Below, in pieces: positions 29,684 through 38,471 of a stretch of 59,635 bases of DNA (within the stretch, counting starts at the first letter, position 1; the number at the start of each line of letters is the position of its first letter). A program made the translations under genes and the position numbers. The notes under the pieces are model-generated. The model worked only from the letters and a program-made list of their open reading frames with translations. It was not told the DNA's origin and made no database searches. The stretch is from an uncultured Flavobacteriaceae bacterium (GTDB lineage Bacteria > Bacteroidota > Bacteroidia > NS11-12g > UBA955), in the NCBI GenBank assembly GCA_964450355.1, contig CAYVDH010000002.1:1-59635 (forward strand), given 5' to 3'.

Positions 29684-30372
29684 TATTTTCTTGGTTTTAA
29701 TTTGGGGCCTAATGTACTACCGAATGAACCTGTATTATGTGATTGAATCCACACTGTTCCGTTTCCTTTGAATTTACATACTAATCCTTCTCCTCCTAAT
29801 ATCGAGCTCATCCAGCTTTTGCCAGCCTTTGTTAATGTAAAATTTAGTGTTTCATCAAATGCCACAATATGTCCAGAATCCACTATGTATTCGCCATTTA
29901 TTTGAACAGGATAGATAGCGCCAAATGAATTCACAATGACTGTACCTTTGCCTTTGATTGATAACCAAAATAAACTTTCTTTAGACAATAAGGATTTAAA
30001 TCCTTGCCAATTCATATTGATTTCAATATCGGGAGAACTGGCTACATAAGAACCTCCTTGTACAATAATTCCTTCACCGTTTAATTCTTTCACCATCATA
30101 TCGCCTGCATGAGTTGCTCCAACCCACACAGTTCCACCATTAGAACTGGCTTTATAATGATTCAAAAAAAAGCTTTCACCAGATAATAACCTTTTTAATC
30201 CTTTTAAAATACCCCCTGAATTTTTTTTGTAAGTAGTAGTAGTCATTGCTATATCTGGGCTCATGGCAATCATACAACCGGCTTCGGCAGTAAATTCTTG
30301 ACTGGGATTTAATTTAATTTCAGCAGCTGTACAACCTGGTTGTAATTTTAACTGCACATTCAATTCACTCAT
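29683..30372 (-). CDS. AIM24 / TIGR00266 (DUF124) family protein, paralog 2 of 3
   Basis: GESFFLNHY, ATHAGDM, SKESLFWLSIKGKGTVIV, VDSGHIVAF, GGEGLVCKFKGNGTVWIQS. 1-nt overlap with paralog 3. Confidence 0.8.
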   Translation of the reverse strand: MSELNVQLKLQPGCTAAEIKLNPSQEFTAEAGCMIAMSPDIAMTTTTYKKNSGGILKGLKRLLSGESFFLNHYKASSNGGTVWVGATHAGDMMVKELNGEGIIVQGGSYVASSPDIEINMNWQGFKSLLSKESLFWLSIKGKGTVIVNSFGAIYPVQINGEYIVDSGHIVAFDETLNFTLTKAGKSWMSSILGGEGLVCKFKGNGTVWIQSHNTGSFGSTLGPKLKPRK

Positions 30373-30397
30373 CTTATTTATTTCTTAACTTTATAAA

Positions 30398-31057
30398 TTA
30401 TAAATGTCTATTCACCCATGCGGCTAGTCCAGATAAATTCCTTGTTTGAATGTATATTTTACCTTTACCTTGAACTCTTGTAACTAAGCCTTCACCACCA
30501 AAAAGGCTGCTGAATAAACCACCAGAAAACTGAGGTTTTAATTTCATGGTAGGTTCATAAGCTACCAAATGTCCTGAATCAACAATGAAATCATCGTGAA
30601 TTTCTTTTTCTAAAATCCCGCCATAAGCTCCAAAAATAACTTTACCTTTTCCTGATACTTGCAATTTAAATAAGCCTTCGCCACCTAGCAAAGAACCAAT
30701 ACCTGCCCATTTAACGCCTACTTTTACATTTGATTCGGAGGCAATATATGCCCCTCTTTGTAAACAATAACTTTCGCCATTTAATTCTTTCAAATGCATG
30801 TCACCTGGTGTGGCTTGAGTAAGGTGTATGGACAATTTTTTATCAGTATTGTTTGTAAAATGATTGATAAATAAACTCTCTCCTCCAAATATTTTTTTAA
30901 TGATGCTACCAAAAAATCCCCCATTAAATTTTGCAACCATATCCAATTCAGCAGACATACTTGACATGGCATCTGATTCAGTAACGATGGTCTCACCTGG
31001 GTCTAATTCAACAACTAAATAAGTAAATACTGGTTTACCTTCTATTTTAATATTCAT
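30398..31057 (-). CDS. AIM24 / TIGR00266 (DUF124) family protein, paralog 1 of 3
   Basis: GESLFINHF, QATPGDM, GGEGLFKLQVSGKGKVIF, VDSGHLVAY, GGEGLVTRVQGKGKIYIQTR. It starts 2 bp after the M48 gene stop. Confidence 0.8.
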   Translation of the reverse strand: MNIKIEGKPVFTYLVVELDPGETIVTESDAMSSMSAELDMVAKFNGGFFGSIIKKIFGGESLFINHFTNNTDKKLSIHLTQATPGDMHLKELNGESYCLQRGAYIASESNVKVGVKWAGIGSLLGGEGLFKLQVSGKGKVIFGAYGGILEKEIHDDFIVDSGHLVAYEPTMKLKPQFSGGLFSSLFGGEGLVTRVQGKGKIYIQTRNLSGLAAWVNRHL

Positions 31058-31059
31058 AA

Positions 31060-32175
31060 TTATTTTGATTTATTCATTTTTGTTTTAAACTCTTCAAATG
31101 TATTGGGCAAAGGTTTAAATATGTCAATTAATTTCTTTTCTTTTTCTTTCAATTTATCTATTCTTTCTTGTGTTTTGGGGTGAGTAGATAAAAAAGACAA
31201 ATCTACAGCATTTCCAATTGCAGAATCTATTTTATTTTCTTTTTTTATAGTTTCAAAAAAACTTGTCAATCCATGAGGATTTATTTTAGCCTTAATTAAA
31301 TAATCCCATCCCGTTTCATCGGCTTCTCTTTCAAACTCTCTGCTGTTAGATAAGGTGGCTAATTCGCCCCCTACATTGGCAAATGTACCAGCCAATGCAC
31401 TGACATCGCCAAGGGTAACAGAAAGCAAAGCAAAAATACCTAAATTATTGATGATTCCTCTGATATGGTGCCTTCTAGTCACATGTGCTAATTCATGGGC
31501 TAATACACCCATTACTTCTTCCCAATTTTTTGCATTTTGAATTAATCCAGATTGTACTATTACTTTACCACCTGGCAAAGCAAAAGCATTGATAGTAGGG
31601 TCGTTGACAAAATACAAATCAACAGTATAACCCTGCTTTTTAATTTCATTGAATAATGGTTCTGCTATGGTAAGAAATTCTTTTTTTAATGAATCGTTTT
31701 TAATGAACTTATAGTTCAAAGACATGGTGTTAAATAATTTATCTCCTGCACTTTTTTCCCATTCAATAGGAACTTGTTTAGCAAGTTTTTCAACCATTTT
31801 ATCTTTTAATAAATACAAACCCACAATACTCAAAGTAATGATTGCTATAATAAGAAAAGTGAATTTCCAGAATCTATTTATGGTTTTTTTTGCTTGTTTT
31901 ATATCAGCAACTAAAGTTGGATGAAATTTAAGATGTTCGTCTTTTAATATTTTTTTATCATCTGTATAAATAGAAATGTTGGGATTGTTTTTTAAGGTAA
32001 AGAAAATGTATCTATCGCCCGACCCACCACCATTCACTTTTATTTCATTTAATTTAAAAGTCAATTGAAAGTCATCACTAATAAAAGCAATGTCATTGAT
32101 ATTGATTATTACGTTGCCACCGCATCTTCCTCCTTTTACATCGGGATGAATAATTGTTGCTTTGTATGTATTCAC
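31060..32175 (-). CDS. M48-family zinc metallopeptidase with an N-terminal soluble domain and one TM helix (371 aa)
   Basis: HExxH site LAHELAHVTRRHH. Downstream third-ligand region EFEREADETG. TM segment FWKFTFLIIAIITLSIVGLYLL. NAFALPGGKVIV is typical of M48. Confidence 0.8.
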   Translation of the reverse strand: MNTYKATIIHPDVKGGRCGGNVIININDIAFISDDFQLTFKLNEIKVNGGGSGDRYIFFTLKNNPNISIYTDDKKILKDEHLKFHPTLVADIKQAKKTINRFWKFTFLIIAIITLSIVGLYLLKDKMVEKLAKQVPIEWEKSAGDKLFNTMSLNYKFIKNDSLKKEFLTIAEPLFNEIKKQGYTVDLYFVNDPTINAFALPGGKVIVQSGLIQNAKNWEEVMGVLAHELAHVTRRHHIRGIINNLGIFALLSVTLGDVSALAGTFANVGGELATLSNSREFEREADETGWDYLIKAKINPHGLTSFFETIKKENKIDSAIGNAVDLSFLSTHPKTQERIDKLKEKEKKLIDIFKPLPNTFEEFKTKMNKSK

Positions 32176-32385
32176 TATGAATTTAAAAATTCAAATGTAT
32201 TATGAATACTATGTAATTTCAATTTTATTTTTAATAATTAGACCAAATTAATAGATAAAACCGTTGAAAGACAATAGGTGTCTTAATTAAAATACAATTT
32301 GGCACAATGCTTGAAAGATAATTAGTATAAAAGCATTTATTTTGCGCTTTTATCTAAAAAATAAAAAAACCTAAACATCAAGCTT

Positions 32386-35300
32386 ATGTGTACACAAACT
32401 ACAAAATCATCATTAGTCATTCTGTTTCTTTTCATTATCAATGGCATTTATGCTCAACAATGGTTGGGTAGAACTACCAGTAATTATGCTGGCACTTATG
32501 GAGTATATAACAATGCTTCAACTATAGCAGACTCAAAATACAAGTATTATTTTAACTTTTGGGGTAGAGGACTAAATTTTTACAACAACTATTTAGATTA
32601 TAATGCACCTATCAAGCTCAATCATTGGGCAAATGACAATTATGATATCAATTATAAACGGTTGGATGATAAAGCCGATTATAAAAAAAATTGGCTGTTG
32701 GAAAATTTAAATGGAAAAGATAAGTATTTCAGTTTTCAACAAGACATATGGGGGCCTGCAATGATGTTTCCTGTTGGTAAATCAATAAATATGTCTATCA
32801 ATACTCGTCAAAGAAGCGCTATCAATGTGTTTGGTATTGCTGAACCATTTGCTCGTATGGCATTTAATGGAATAGATAGCAGTGGAGGAATATACAATGG
32901 AAGCAATGGCTTACAAAGAAATAAAACATACAGCAATGGTAAATTTGGAGTGAATGCACAAACATATCAAGAACTCAGTTTCACCTTTGCTGGTACCATG
33001 GCAAAATCAGATAAACATCAATTAGATGGGGGTTTGTCAGTAAAATTTATCAGAGGTTTAGGTGCTGCTTATGTTAAAGGCAATGGTTTTGATGCTGCTA
33101 TCACAGGTAATAATAGTGCCACAATTCAAAATGCAGACATAGAATATGCTTACACAGACGATAAAAATTTGATTGAACCATTTAACAGACCATATGGTTT
33201 ATTTTCACTTCAAAGTAAAGGAGCAGGAGCAGGTTTAGACTTAGGATTGACTTATACTTTTAGACAAGAAAGAGGTAGATATGCACCTAAAAATAAATGT
33301 TTTTTAAACGATAGAAAAACTGATTATGATTTTAAATTGTCTATGGCATTGAATGATTTAGGAGCTGTAAAATACGGAAGAAACTCAACTAAATACGCCA
33401 TTTCAAGTAACAATATAAATACCATTAATGCACCAAGTTCTGTTCTCAATGGATTTAATGTTGGTAATCAAAATGCTTTAGATACCATTGGTAATAGAGT
33501 ATTTGCAGGATTAGGAGGAGTTAAAACTTCAGATTTTACAATGGCATTACCTGCAGCATTTAACCTTCAAGCAGATGTAAGATGGACTAAACATTTTTAT
33601 ACAGCATTAGTGTGGAATCAAAGCTTAAAAGGAATTAATTCTACAGGCATGAGAGCAACTTCTATGGTATCATTAGTGCCACGAATTGAATCAAGAGGAT
33701 TTGAATTCAGTATGCCTTTGACATTATCAGAAAATTACAAGAATTTTTATGTTGGAGCATACACCCGTATAGGACCAGTGTTTTTTGGTAGTGATAATTT
33801 AGGAGGATTATTGGGTGTGGCAAGTAACAGTAATTTCAGAGGTGCAGATATTTATGGAGGTGTATCTTTTGGAATTGGACATTGCCATCAATCTTGGTAC
33901 GAAGAAAAAGTAGATCCAGTAGTGACAGATACTTTTGAAACTAAAATTAAAGACACTTTAAAATTAGTTAAACATGATACTATTAGAATCATAAAAAGAG
34001 ATACGATTAAAATTGTTAAACGCGACACCATTTATAAAACCAAAAACGGAGAAATAAAAGTAAAACGCGATACCATTTACATTGAAAAAATAATAAAATC
34101 TAAAGTTGATATTGAAAAAGAAAATCAATTAAAACAAAAAGAAATTGAACTTAATAACAAACAAAAGCAATTAGAGCAAAAAGAAAAAGAACTTCAGGAC
34201 AAAGAAAAAGGTACATACAATGAATCAGATGCATTGAGAAATTGTAAAAATCAAACCACAATTCTAACAAATGAAAACATTGTACTACAAACAAAAGTAA
34301 CTAATCAAGCTACTGAGATAGAAAGGTTGAAAAAACAATTAGAAGAAGCAAATAGAAATAAACAAATTCAAGATGCTGAATTAGAAGCTTTGAGAAAATG
34401 TGGTACTAAAATCGTGTACAATGAAACTACAGGTAAGCCAATGACTCCATGTGAATTGTACGAAAGAGAAAAGTTAAGAACTAAAGATTGTGAAGAAAGT
34501 AAAATTGCTAAAGACAATGAAATAAACTCCCTTAAAAATCAATTAGCCATAGCGACTAAAAAAATTGGTGAATTGGAAGTGGAAATTAGCAATTTGAAAA
34601 AAGGCACTGGAGCTAAAAACAATGCAGAAGTTGTTAAAGGTACTGATGCAGAGAAATTATTAAAAGCAAACAAACAACTTGATAGTTTGAATTTACAAGT
34701 TATCATGCTTAGTGCAGAGCTTGACAAGTGCAAAAAATCCAACAGTCAAACAGAAGCACAAATCATCATTAAAAAATTAGAAGATCAGGTTAAAGAATTA
34801 ACAGCACAATTAAAAACATGCAAAGACAATACTGAAGTGCTTAATTCTACCATTGCACAAAAGAATGCAGAACTTGAAGCATGTAAAAAGAACATTAGTT
34901 CAGTTAATGAAGCAGAAACTTTAACCAAATTGAAAAAATGTGAAGATGAAAAAAATCTATACAAAGCAGAATTAGCTGAATTAAGTAAACAACACACTGT
35001 ATTAAATGCTAAAGTTGTAAGATTGAATTCAACAATAGATAGTTTGAAACAAGTGATTGCAAAAGGTGGAAATTCGGGAAGCAACGATGAAATTTTGAAA
35101 AAATGCAATGAAACCAAAGCAGAGTTTGAAGCAGAAATTGTGAAATTAAAATCTAAAATAACTACATTAGAAACTGAAGTTAATGTTGTAAAAAAAGACA
35201 ACGATGATTGCAATAAACGCAAAGTTGAATTAGAAGCAGAAGTGATTACTCTTAAAAAGAAATTAAGTGAAACAGACAACAGCGATGCGGCTAAGAAAAA

Positions 35301-36300
35301 TGTTGAATTAGAAGCTGAAATCATTAAATTAAAATCTAAAATTAACAGTCTTGAGTCTGATGTAGCTGAGAACAAAAAATTGAGTGATGATTGTGCTAAA
35401 CGCAAAGCAGAGCTTGAAGCAGAGATTATTACACTTAAGAAAAATGCGTCAGAATCAGATGCAACAGAATTGAATAAAAAAATTAGCAACCTTGAAGCTG
35501 AATTAGTCAATGTGAAAAAGAAATCTACTGATTGTGAAACTGAATTGACTTCTCTTAAATCAGAGAATGACAATTTGAAAAAACAAAAAGCTGAATTAGA
35601 AGCTGAAATAGTAACGTTGAAAGCTAAAAACAACAGTTCAAATTGCGATGAGTACATCAAACAAATTGAAGATAAAAACAAAAGCATAGAAGAATTAAAA
35701 ACTCAGAACAATACCTTGCAAAACAAGGTTAACAACTTGACGAATCAATTAAATGAATTGAGAACAGAATATAATTTTGTCATCAAACAACAAAGAAGAT
35801 GCAATGAAAAATTAGATAGTTGTATTAAAGGTTTAACTCCAGGTAATAAAGTGCCAGAAGGTGGTCCTTCAATGCCAGAAGGTAGTAAAGATGAAAGCAT
35901 AGAAGAGGTAAGTACACCAAGCCAACAAAAAGGAAGTTTATTTGGAGCTATTTTAGGGGCATTAGGAGAAGCTATTTTAACAAGTAGTACTAATAATTCA
36001 AGTAATAATGGAAGCAGCAATGGCAATACTAATTCAAGTTCAAGTTCAGGAACTACTGTAAAAAAGAATGATAGCAAACCCGATTACAAACCAATTAATA
36101 CAGGGACATCAAAACCAAGCACTACCAATTCAAATACGAATACACCAACTAGCACCACTAATACAAATGGAGGAACAGTAAAACCAAATAAAACAACACC
36201 AGTTAACATACCTAGTTCCACCAATACTAGTGGTACAAATACCACCACTACAAAGCCAAATCAGAATACACCTTCAAATAAAGCAGTGATTCCAAATTAA
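32386..36300 (+). CDS. Large envelope protein (1304 aa): signal peptide, ~500-aa beta-rich barrel-like N-domain, ~650-aa coiled coil, S/T/N/P-rich tail
   Basis: Signal ..IINGIYAQ. The N-domain is Gly/aromatic-rich (..GADIYGGVSFGIGH). (K/H)(R/H)DTI heptad-like repeats occur four times. A long E/K/L-rich region contains six ELEAEI(I/V)xLK units and ~15 spaced Cys. The tail is ..SSNNGSSNGNTNSSSSSGTT..TNTPTSTTNTNGG... No T9SS C-terminal domain. Confidence 0.7.
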   Translation: MCTQTTKSSLVILFLFIINGIYAQQWLGRTTSNYAGTYGVYNNASTIADSKYKYYFNFWGRGLNFYNNYLDYNAPIKLNHWANDNYDINYKRLDDKADYKKNWLLENLNGKDKYFSFQQDIWGPAMMFPVGKSINMSINTRQRSAINVFGIAEPFARMAFNGIDSSGGIYNGSNGLQRNKTYSNGKFGVNAQTYQELSFTFAGTMAKSDKHQLDGGLSVKFIRGLGAAYVKGNGFDAAITGNNSATIQNADIEYAYTDDKNLIEPFNRPYGLFSLQSKGAGAGLDLGLTYTFRQERGRYAPKNKCFLNDRKTDYDFKLSMALNDLGAVKYGRNSTKYAISSNNINTINAPSSVLNGFNVGNQNALDTIGNRVFAGLGGVKTSDFTMALPAAFNLQADVRWTKHFYTALVWNQSLKGINSTGMRATSMVSLVPRIESRGFEFSMPLTLSENYKNFYVGAYTRIGPVFFGSDNLGGLLGVASNSNFRGADIYGGVSFGIGHCHQSWYEEKVDPVVTDTFETKIKDTLKLVKHDTIRIIKRDTIKIVKRDTIYKTKNGEIKVKRDTIYIEKIIKSKVDIEKENQLKQKEIELNNKQKQLEQKEKELQDKEKGTYNESDALRNCKNQTTILTNENIVLQTKVTNQATEIERLKKQLEEANRNKQIQDAELEALRKCGTKIVYNETTGKPMTPCELYEREKLRTKDCEESKIAKDNEINSLKNQLAIATKKIGELEVEISNLKKGTGAKNNAEVVKGTDAEKLLKANKQLDSLNLQVIMLSAELDKCKKSNSQTEAQIIIKKLEDQVKELTAQLKTCKDNTEVLNSTIAQKNAELEACKKNISSVNEAETLTKLKKCEDEKNLYKAELAELSKQHTVLNAKVVRLNSTIDSLKQVIAKGGNSGSNDEILKKCNETKAEFEAEIVKLKSKITTLETEVNVVKKDNDDCNKRKVELEAEVITLKKKLSETDNSDAAKKNVELEAEIIKLKSKINSLESDVAENKKLSDDCAKRKAELEAEIITLKKNASESDATELNKKISNLEAELVNVKKKSTDCETELTSLKSENDNLKKQKAELEAEIVTLKAKNNSSNCDEYIKQIEDKNKSIEELKTQNNTLQNKVNNLTNQLNELRTEYNFVIKQQRRCNEKLDSCIKGLTPGNKVPEGGPSMPEGSKDESIEEVSTPSQQKGSLFGAILGALGEAILTSSTNNSSNNGSSNGNTNSSSSSGTTVKKNDSKPDYKPINTGTSKPSTTNSNTNTPTSTTNTNGGTVKPNKTTPVNIPSSTNTSGTNTTTTKPNQNTPSNKAVIPN
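35122..35629 (+). repeat. In-gene tandem coding repeats (six ELEAEI(I/V)xLK(S/K)K units)
   Basis: EFEAEIVKLKSK, ELEAEVITLKKK, ELEAEIIKLKSK, ELEAEIITLKKN, NLEAELVNVKKK, ELEAEIVTLKAK. The repeats are also visible at the DNA level (gaattagaagc[at]gaaat). Confidence 0.7.
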
Positions 36301-36360
36301 TAGAATAGTTTGAATAACAGAAGTTTAAATTGTATTTAGTTTAAAATTAGAGATAAATAT

Positions 36361-36391
36361 TTTGTAAAATTTAAAAAAAGACATACATTTG
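36361..36391 (+). promoter_or_regulatory. Candidate Bacteroidota sigma-A-type promoter for rimP-nusA
   Basis: TTTG at 36361-36364 and TACATTTG at 36384-36391 (matches TAnnTTTG), with a 19-bp spacer, ~55 bp upstream of the rimP ATG. Confidence 0.45.
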
Positions 36392-36413
36392 CATCATAAA
36401 ATATAAAGTTTTG

Positions 36414-36438
36414 AGTGAGGGGCCGAAAGCCCCTCACT
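36414..36438 (+). promoter_or_regulatory. Perfect GC-rich 10-bp stem / 5-nt loop hairpin in the rimP 5' leader
   Basis: AGTGAGGGGC-cgaaa-GCCCCTCACT. It lies between the candidate promoter and the rimP ATG (36445) in otherwise very AT-rich DNA. Confidence 0.6.
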
Positions 36439-36444
36439 TGTTAT

Positions 36445-36906
36445 ATGACAGTAAAAGAAATTATACTAACAGCAACAAATCAAGCATTAGCAAATAATGA
36501 CCAAATGTTTTTATTGCAAATTAATCAGCAACAAGAACATTATGAAATCATTGTTGATGGTGATGTTTTACTGGGGATTAACCAAATAACCGAGCTAAGT
36601 AGAAGCATCAATAAATTATTAGAAGAACCACTGGCAGACAATACTGAATACAGTATCGATGTCACTACTGCTGGAGCTGATAGTCCTTTGTTAATGTTAA
36701 GACAATACCCTAAACATATTGGTAGAAATTTTAAAATTAAGACGACAGATGACAATGAATTTGAAGGGAAATTAATTTCATTAAATAATGAAACTCTTGC
36801 TTTCGAAATTGCACCAGATAAAAAAAAGAAAATCAAATCAATTGAAACTAAAACAATTCAATTTAATCAAATAAAAAAAGCAAACATTATAATATCATTC
36901 AAATGA
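36445..36906 (+). CDS. rimP: Ribosome maturation factor RimP
   Basis: IDVTTAGADSPLLMLRQYPKHIGRNFKIKT..FEGKL matches the RimP core (..SSPG.DRPL....F....G..V.V...). It sits directly upstream of nusA and overlaps it by 4 bp. I prefer the ATG at 36445 because the upstream part of the ORF is the leader hairpin. Confidence 0.8.
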   Translation: MTVKEIILTATNQALANNDQMFLLQINQQQEHYEIIVDGDVLLGINQITELSRSINKLLEEPLADNTEYSIDVTTAGADSPLLMLRQYPKHIGRNFKIKTTDDNEFEGKLISLNNETLAFEIAPDKKKKIKSIETKTIQFNQIKKANIIISFK

Positions 36907-38159
36907 GCAACAATCAATCAATAAGTATCAAAGCATTAGTAGATTCATTCTCAGAATTTAAAGAGTTTAAAAACATTGACCGCGTAACGATGATGCGTGT
37001 ATTAGAAGATGTATTTAGAAACATGTTAAAGAAAAGATATGGTGATGATCACAACTTTGATATCATTATAAACACGGAACAAGGAGATTTAGAGATATAC
37101 CGCAACAGATTAATAGTAGATGATGAAGAAGTAGAAGATGAAAATTTACAAATAAGTATTACAGATGCTCGTAAAATTGAAGAAGATTATCAATTAGGGG
37201 AAGAAGCAACCGATAAAGTAGAGTTAGATTTATTTGGTCGCAGAAACATTTTGTCAGCTAGACAAACATTGATGACTAAAATTCTAGAATTGGAAAAAGA
37301 TGAATTGTTCAGAAAATATTCAGATAGAGTAGGTGAAATAATCTCAGGAGAAGTATATCAAATTTGGAAAAAAGAAATCATGGTGTTGGACGATGAAGGC
37401 AATGAATTGATTTTGCCTAAGTCTGAAATGATTCCTGCAGATTTCTATAAAAAAGGCGAAACAGTGAAAGCCATTGTTCACGATGTAACCATGATAAATG
37501 CTTCGCCCAAAATTATATTATCAAGAACATCACCTGTATTCTTAGAAAAATTAATGGAGTTAGAAGTTCCTGAAATTTTAGATGGGTTAATAACCATCAA
37601 AAAGATTGTTAGAGAGCCAGGAGAAAGAGCTAAAATTGCCGTGGAGAGCTACGATGACAGAATTGACCCAGTAGGAGCTTGCGTGGGTATGAAAGGAAGC
37701 AGAATACATGGTATTGTGCGCGAATTAAGAAACGAAAACATCGATGTCATAAATTTTACAACCAACATTTCATTGTTTGTACAACGTTCCTTAAATCCTG
37801 CAAAAATTTCTTCTATTACTTTGGATGATGTCAATAAAAAAGCAAATGTGTATTTACATCCTGATCAAGTAAGTTTAGCTATAGGAAAAGGTGGTTTTAA
37901 TATTCGTTTAGCTAGCCGTTTGGTTGGATATGATATAGAAGTTTATAGAGAAGATGTAGAATTTGACGATTCAGATATTGATATCGAAGAATTTGCTGAT
38001 GAATTAGAAAGCTGGATCATTGATGAACTAAAAGCTGTTGGTTTGGATACTGCTAAAGCTGTGTTAGATACTCCTAATGAGTTTTTAGTAAGCCGCACTG
38101 AATTAGAAGAAGAAACCATCATAGAAATCAAAAAAATATTGCAATCTGAATTTGAATAA
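36903..38159 (+). CDS. nusA: Transcription termination/antitermination factor NusA
   Basis: N-terminal domain, S1 domain (GEIISGEVYQIWKKEIMVLDD) and tandem KH domains (RAKIAVES..DPVGACVGMKGSRI; QVSLAIGKGGFNIRLAS). Canonical position after rimP. Confidence 0.95.
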   Translation: MSNNQSISIKALVDSFSEFKEFKNIDRVTMMRVLEDVFRNMLKKRYGDDHNFDIIINTEQGDLEIYRNRLIVDDEEVEDENLQISITDARKIEEDYQLGEEATDKVELDLFGRRNILSARQTLMTKILELEKDELFRKYSDRVGEIISGEVYQIWKKEIMVLDDEGNELILPKSEMIPADFYKKGETVKAIVHDVTMINASPKIILSRTSPVFLEKLMELEVPEILDGLITIKKIVREPGERAKIAVESYDDRIDPVGACVGMKGSRIHGIVRELRNENIDVINFTTNISLFVQRSLNPAKISSITLDDVNKKANVYLHPDQVSLAIGKGGFNIRLASRLVGYDIEVYREDVEFDDSDIDIEEFADELESWIIDELKAVGLDTAKAVLDTPNEFLVSRTELEEETIIEIKKILQSEFE

Positions 38160-38165
38160 TAATCA

Positions 38166-38348
38166 ATGCAGAAATATCTTCTGATTTTATTTGGTTTTGG
38201 GGTTTTAATAGCTTATTACTTTGATTTCAAAAAAAATAGTGAAAAAGAAAAAGGCAGGAAACTATTGTATATTGTTATCATTTCATTGATTAGTATTTTA
38301 ACAGTTTATTGGATTTATTTTGTGTTTTTTTCACCAAATAAAGTTTAA
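38166..38348 (+). CDS. Small hypothetical membrane protein (60 aa, two predicted TM helices)
   Basis: Starts 6 bp after the nusA stop. Two hydrophobic segments (LLILFGFGVLIAYYF; LLYIVIISLISILTVYWIYFVFF) are separated by a basic loop. No recognisable family. Confidence 0.4.
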   Translation: MQKYLLILFGFGVLIAYYFDFKKNSEKEKGRKLLYIVIISLISILTVYWIYFVFFSPNKV

Positions 38349-38471
38349 ATGACAATGTTTAATAGGGCATTATCATCATTTATTCTGTAACTTTATTTCA
38401 ATTTTGTCACATTAAGTTCACGAAATAATAAATAATGAACCATTGCGTTATTGAGTAAATATTAATAACCA

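Noticed and set aside
30790-30996. 68-aa same-strand, alternative-frame ORF inside AIM24 paralog 1, plus similar small nested ORFs (e.g. 268..456, 612..857, 40169..40363, 48786..49001, 56220..56414)
   Set aside because: All are nested out of frame in long, well-supported genes, and none has a recognisable motif. They are treated as chance ORFs.
34785-35687. 300-aa ORF on the minus strand inside the coiled-coil gene
   Set aside because: It is the antisense shadow of an E/K/L-rich repeat region and translates to low-complexity F/L/S-rich sequence. It lies entirely inside a far better-supported 1304-aa ORF and has no start context.
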